A stretch of DNA of 64,000 bases from Gammaproteobacteria bacterium (GTDB taxonomy: Bacteria > Pseudomonadota > Gammaproteobacteria > Eutrophobiales > Eutrophobiaceae): NCBI GenBank assembly GCA_022826885.1, contig JAJDUB010000076.1, positions 13,431 to 77,430 of the forward strand. Direction: 5' to 3'. Under the pieces are notes generated by a model. That model was not told the DNA's origin, ran no database searches, and saw nothing but the letters and a program-made list of their open reading frames with translations. The stretch's first letter is position 1. The number at the start of each line of letters is the position of its first letter. A program made the translations under genes and the position numbers. Shown here piece by piece: positions 61,701 to 64,000 of the stretch.

Positions 61701-64000
61701 GCATTCGTGTCGGCCGCGTTGTCCTTCGAGTTCTCCGGGCTTAAGGCCGGCGACCGGGTCCTGGTCCATGCCGGCGCGGGCGGCGTGGGCCTGGCGGCCA
61801 TTCAGCTGGTGCAGGCTGCGGGAGCGGAAGTCTTCGCAACCGCAAGCGCACCGAAACAGGACTATCTCCGTTCGCTCGGCGTCCGGCATATATTCGACAG
61901 CCGCACTATCGCGTTCGGGCAGGAGATCATGGAGGCGACGGGCGGCAAGGGTGTGGACGTGGTGCTGAACAGCCTGACGGGAGAAGGCTTCATAGACGCC
62001 AGCCTGTCCTGCCTCAGGCAAGGCGGATACTTCGTGGAGATGGCCGCGCGGGACATCCTGAGTGAAGACGAGATGGCGGCCGTGCGACCGGACGTGGCCT
62101 ACCTTATCCTGGACATGTTTGTTCTCAAAAAGATGGAACCGGCCCGCGTAGGAAAGGTTATGAGGGATGTGATTGAGCGTCTTTCTTCGGGAGAACTGAA
62201 ACCGATCATACACAGCCGCTGGCCACTGGCCGAAGCGGGCGCTGCGCTGTCGTTCATGCGTTCGGCCCGCCACATCGGCAAGATCGTGGTAACAGCCCCA
62301 CCACTGATCAAGGGCGGGCTGCGGCAGGACAGGACCTACCTGGTGACCGGCGGTCTGGGCGGGATCGGGTGCGCCGTGGCCGGCTGGCTTGCCGACCAGG
62401 GTGCGGGAACCATCGTACTGAACGGGCGCCGGGAGCCGGATGCCGCCGCCATGGAAACAATCCGCGCGATCAGGGAACGCGGGGTGGCAATCCGGGTGGA
62501 ACTGGCGGACATGACGGATACGGCTGCCCTGGACAATATGCTGGCGCGCATGGAGCAGGAACTGCCGCCATTGGGAGGCCTGATCCATAGCGTCGGAGTG
62601 CTGTCGGACGGCGCGCTGACCAACCAGACATGGGAGCGGTTTGAGGAAGTATTGTGGCCGAAAATAATGGGGGGTTGGCAACTGCATCGCGCAACCGCGC
62701 ACCTTGACCTGGATTTCTTTATCCTGTTCTCCAGCAGGGTCGGCGTGATGGGCAATCCGGGACAGTCGAACCACGCTACGGCCAACGCCTTCCTGGACCA
62801 GCTCGCCGGCCACCGGCGCGCGCTGGGATTGCCGGGTCAGGCCATCGCCTGGGGGGCCTGGTCGGACATCGGCGAGGCGGCTGAACAGCGGGACCGTATT
62901 GACCGGCAACGCTCGGCGCTCGGCGGCCGCTGGTTTACCCCGCAGCAGGGTATCAGGGCGTTTGACCGGCTGGTGCGCCAGGACGCCACGAACGCCGTGG
63001 TGATGTCGATGGACTGGTCGGTGTTCGAAGAGGCTGTAGAGGACCCTCCACCCCTGCTGGAAGACCTGTTGTCCACAGGCCCGGACGACAAGGCCGCAGA
63101 CGCAACCTCGCCGGACGACGTGCTTGCCTCCCTGCGGGAAGCGCCGGCAACGACACATGAGGAATTGCTCGCGTCCTTCCTGCAACAGGAAGTACAGGCG
63201 GTGCTGCGGCTGCCGAGTGCGCCTGAACCCAAAGTGGGGTTCTTCGATCTGGGCATGGACTCTCTGATGGCGGTGGAACTGCGCAACCGGCTGAACCGGG
63301 CGTTTTCCGGGGAATATACGGCATCCAACACGGTAGTGTTCGACTATCCGGACATCGCCGCACTCGCCGGCCATCTTGTGCAGGAACTGGGTGAAGTCAT
63401 CGGTGCGCCTGCCCCCCAAGCACAACCTGGGACACAACCTGAGGTGCAATCTGAGGTGCAATCTGAGACGCCACCTGAGACGCCGGCCAGGCCGGAACCC
63501 GGGCCTGCGCCTCGAAGTGAAGATGATGGAATTGCGATTATCGGCATGGCGTGCCGCTTTCCGGGCGCGCCGGACCTTGAAACGTTCTGGCGCCAGCTCG
63601 AAGCGGGCGCTGATGCCGTAACGGATAGCCGTAGGGACTTGGATACCTGGGACGAGTACATGGAAACCCTTTCCACTACGCATTCCGACTACCGCCGGGG
63701 CGCGTTTCTGGATGAGATAGACAAATTTGACGCGAGATTCTTCCGGATTTCGCCGATTGAGGCGCGCATGATGGACCCGCGCCAGCGTATGCTGCTGGAG
63801 ACAAGCTGGCAGGCCCTTGAAAATGCAGGACTGGACCCTGAGCAGTTGCGGGGCAGCCGCACCGGCATATATGCGGGTATCGGCACCAGCGAATACCGGG
63901 ACCTGATGGCAAAAACCAGCTACGGCGTCAGTTACCTCAGCACCGCCGCGAGCATGTCGGTAGGACGGCTTGCCTTCATCCTGGGCGTGGAGGGACCGAC
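55752..64000 (+). CDS. modular type I polyketide synthase, 5' part (KS-AT-DH-cMT-ER-KR-ACP-KS...), runs off window end
   Basis: Manual translation from ATG 55752 stays open to 64000 (2749+ codons). KS1: IAIVGMACRFPG, DAACASSLV, EAHGTGT, NVGHLESAAG. AT: GHSVGE, with RAFHS (malonyl-type). DH: HPLLG...LSDHKVFNRVVAP. cMT: VLEVGAGTGSAT. ER: LVHAGAGGVGLAAIQL. KR: YLVTGGLGGIGCAV...GQSNHATANAFLD. ACP: FFDLGMDSLMAVE. A second KS begins at ~63537 (IAIIGMACRFPGAPD...ETSWQALE). It is absent from the ORF track because there is no stop in the window. Confidence 0.85.
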   Translation, partial: MAGTGQPIAIVGMACRFPGAPDISSFWRLLEAGEDAVIEFVPGSGAGRFEELFPDGAVSSEACRYGAFVSDIDRFDEAFFRISPVESELLDPQQRMMLETSWLALEDAGIDPDRLKGSRTGVYVGICNDEYRMLVLESDRPADAASCLYALSGTNLNGAAGRVAFVMGLMGPVKAVDAACASSLVSIHDAVADLQHGKADLALAGGVQAMLNSGIYELRAGAMMLSPEGQCKTFDASANGYVRGEGCGIVVLKRLSEAEADGDRIWGVIRGSAVNHGGASVGLTVPNTPALVQVMGEALSQAGVPATDVDYVEAHGTGTTVGDPIEINAVAEVYCKGREPGHPLLTGSVKTNVGHLESAAGVAGVIKAVLAIKQGVIPKHLNFHDPNPAIDWDHLPLQVTTDSTEWPRRNGRTRLAGVNSFGISGTNAHIVLGEYISPDTAPGKENRTGGSAQMPAVSLPANMAHLPLPEQELRPRETRFLPLSGKSENALRELAQKYLSWLDEKASEPMLSDMAWTAGVGRSHFEYRAGIVFDGAGSLREQLGALAEGGEIARPQTATRVAFVYTGQGSQWTGMGQALYESEPVARAVLDRCEAVFEEERGTSLLGVMFGRTGATGKLDDTAWEQPALFALECALTALWSSVGVRPNVVMGHSVGELAAAQAAGVFGLEDGMRFACTRGTLLSQTEPGAMAAVFASPDKVASGVEAANKTAGGVGVNISADNGTHQVISGPVAEIETIVKHFEAEGVRVRQLNTARAFHSALVEPALDPLEASLGSVDISPPSLELVSNLTGQIVAPDQALDGSYWRRHAREPVAFASGVNTLAGLGVDLVVEIGPHSILAPMAVSAWPEAPQTRTPAILSSLRKPSGDSTAPGSGSFPEAVAAAYQAGLPLRFEGLFAGEARRRISLPGYPFQRQRHWLDTPKQRRRGAGHPLLGSRHETAHGEITFETEVFPSDPAWLSDHKVFNRVVAPGALYGAMAATAARLEGKGPLILEDMQLHNPLVFEETGADGADEESRRIQVILEASEPGTQRAVRIFSRGSEGEWTLHVEGRLLPDSANRETGARLDTESLKAELSPVDTAAYYRHRASTGVDLGPSFRTLGRVWSRPGEALGEVSLPESPGKPGPDIHPLVLDGCFQVMGAARNLAGTEGGATYLPFGWERMWLADRLPERVVCHVRLNDASRSAETDAEEPPETLSGELNIYDMNGMPLGCLSGYTVKRATRAALLSAIEGVKDLLYEVVWRERALPPGMTSADFFPGPATIAAGTQLFAGYLNDAGVDPENRNELLADLERWSRSRALATLEELGWQRNLGETVDPESLRQRLDVIPEHTRLFRRLFEMLARSGVLEESDDGFTVIVGPEDPLPEHMPGDLDEFAKRMTELYSHGLTEIGLFRRSGCALAEVLRGRADPLTLLFSSGEPTAADLYLKAPVARAANRLLGDAVQTLVAALPQGRRLRVLEVGAGTGSATASVLPELPDGRFDYTYTDISAGFFAEAEARFGDGGGCIDYRPLDIEKDPVAQGFDSHGYDLLIASNVLHATRYLGETLGHCLDLLAPAGQLVALENLGGMGWLDLTFGPLDGWWRFADDYRPHHALTGPAVWRRALGDAGFAEGVVLGVDESDTDRVLDKGVIVAQGPAQVKEAPGAWVLAADQGGLAQQLAADLAARNQTVVLVDGIGPEPGKPSTAGPGIFPATVEPEQRASWQALVESLPADVPFNGVVHLMGLDGHGPQATTGEMAADVQLAVASALALVQGVADSDKIPAQGVWFITRGAQVLEREIGGEPAGAALWGLGKGVAREAAHLQPRMIDLDPDMTAPAPDLINEFLYTDTENHIAYRESQRRTARLARAEDAGERLVFPEGIEWALAPDPAGVFDRPCVQPLPARALEPREVRVAVDTAALNFWDVFRSLGFIEEGFLGKEMCGHILETGAEVSTVSPGDYIVGMGFGAFASQIVTHEELVTRAPTGFSASELVTVPSAFVSAALSFEFSGLKAGDRVLVHAGAGGVGLAAIQLVQAAGAEVFATASAPKQDYLRSLGVRHIFDSRTIAFGQEIMEATGGKGVDVVLNSLTGEGFIDASLSCLRQGGYFVEMAARDILSEDEMAAVRPDVAYLILDMFVLKKMEPARVGKVMRDVIERLSSGELKPIIHSRWPLAEAGAALSFMRSARHIGKIVVTAPPLIKGGLRQDRTYLVTGGLGGIGCAVAGWLADQGAGTIVLNGRREPDAAAMETIRAIRERGVAIRVELADMTDTAALDNMLARMEQELPPLGGLIHSVGVLSDGALTNQTWERFEEVLWPKIMGGWQLHRATAHLDLDFFILFSSRVGVMGNPGQSNHATANAFLDQLAGHRRALGLPGQAIAWGAWSDIGEAAEQRDRIDRQRSALGGRWFTPQQGIRAFDRLVRQDATNAVVMSMDWSVFEEAVEDPPPLLEDLLSTGPDDKAADATSPDDVLASLREAPATTHEELLASFLQQEVQAVLRLPSAPEPKVGFFDLGMDSLMAVELRNRLNRAFSGEYTASNTVVFDYPDIAALAGHLVQELGEVIGAPAPQAQPGTQPEVQSEVQSETPPETPARPEPGPAPRSEDDGIAIIGMACRFPGAPDLETFWRQLEAGADAVTDSRRDLDTWDEYMETLSTTHSDYRRGAFLDEIDKFDARFFRISPIEARMMDPRQRMLLETSWQALENAGLDPEQLRGSRTGIYAGIGTSEYRDLMAKTSYGVSYLSTAASMSVGRLAFILGVEGP

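Noticed and set aside
61620-63683. 687-aa minus-strand ORF and other long minus ORFs (56094-56933, 57366-58265, 59949-60740, 60870-61541) over the PKS region
   Set aside because: They are antisense to a continuous PKS ORF with canonical KS/AT/DH/MT/ER/KR/ACP motifs. Their sequences are low-complexity with no recognisable domains.

Overview
This 64 kb window is bacterial chromosome, about 60% GC with several AT-rich islets. No organism is named, but the gene content fits a proteobacterium. Coding regions were assigned from the six-frame ORF track plus manual translation; RNA genes, repeats and motifs were read directly from the sequence.

Gene content, left to right:
- 1-6.9 kb (minus strand): a catabolic cluster with a partial Rieske oxygenase alpha subunit, an SDR, a hydantoin/Asp-Glu-type racemase, a carbamoylase-like nitrilase-superfamily enzyme, and HyuB/HyuA ATP-dependent hydantoinase/oxoprolinase subunits.
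- 7-16 kb: four different metallo-beta-lactamase (MBL)-fold hydrolases, an MFS transporter and an amidohydrolase, interleaved with VapBC and HepT/MNT toxin-antitoxin pairs and a minus-strand tRNA-Thr(CGU). One MBL gene here is distinctly low-GC.
- 16-18.7 kb: an outer-membrane beta-barrel-like protein and NapH/NapG-like ferredoxins, with no napAB.
- 18.9-22.6 kb: metH.
- 22.7-27.1 kb: a coxM-coxS-(coxG::coxL fusion) molybdenum hydroxylase locus without the canonical CO-dehydrogenase active-site loop.
- 27.3-33 kb: a luciferase-like monooxygenase (LLM) flavin/F420-type oxidoreductase, then a minus-strand operon of a micro-ORF, a Na+/solute symporter, a TPMT-family methyltransferase and a cytoplasmic bis-MGD molybdoenzyme.
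- 33-37.3 kb: bkdR and bkdA1A2B (branched-chain 2-oxoacid dehydrogenase E1alpha, E1beta, E2, no E3).
- 37.4-45 kb: gloB, DUF2784, a fused IorAB 2-oxoacid:ferredoxin oxidoreductase, a cyclase, and two F420-related genes (cofC-like, npdG/fno-like).
- 45-48.8 kb: tRNA-Gln(CUG) followed by a 3.7 kb low-GC islet bounded by a 46-bp direct repeat of the tRNA 3' end. It carries an integrase remnant, AbiEii/AbiEi and two unknown secreted/membrane proteins.
- 49-50.6 kb: HipBA.
- 51.2-52.5 kb: a peroxiredoxin and an HD-domain protein.
- 52.7-64 kb: a polyketide locus of Rieske oxygenase, hypothetical, stand-alone ACP, alpha/beta hydrolase and a giant modular type I PKS (KS-AT-DH-cMT-ER-KR-ACP-KS...) that runs off the window end.

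Dispersed repeats: two small palindromic families recur throughout. One is a REP-like GGGGTCAGAGTAA...TTACTCTGACCCC hairpin (3 copies). The other is a composite three-hairpin element (gtcattcccgcgNNNgcgggaatccagtga, gtcgcccggagggcgacac, ctggatgccggNNNccggcatgac; 4 copies). One composite copy is translated in-frame inside the bkdB linker and another supplies the C-terminus and stop of a DUF2784 gene.

Not found: rRNA genes or CRISPR arrays.
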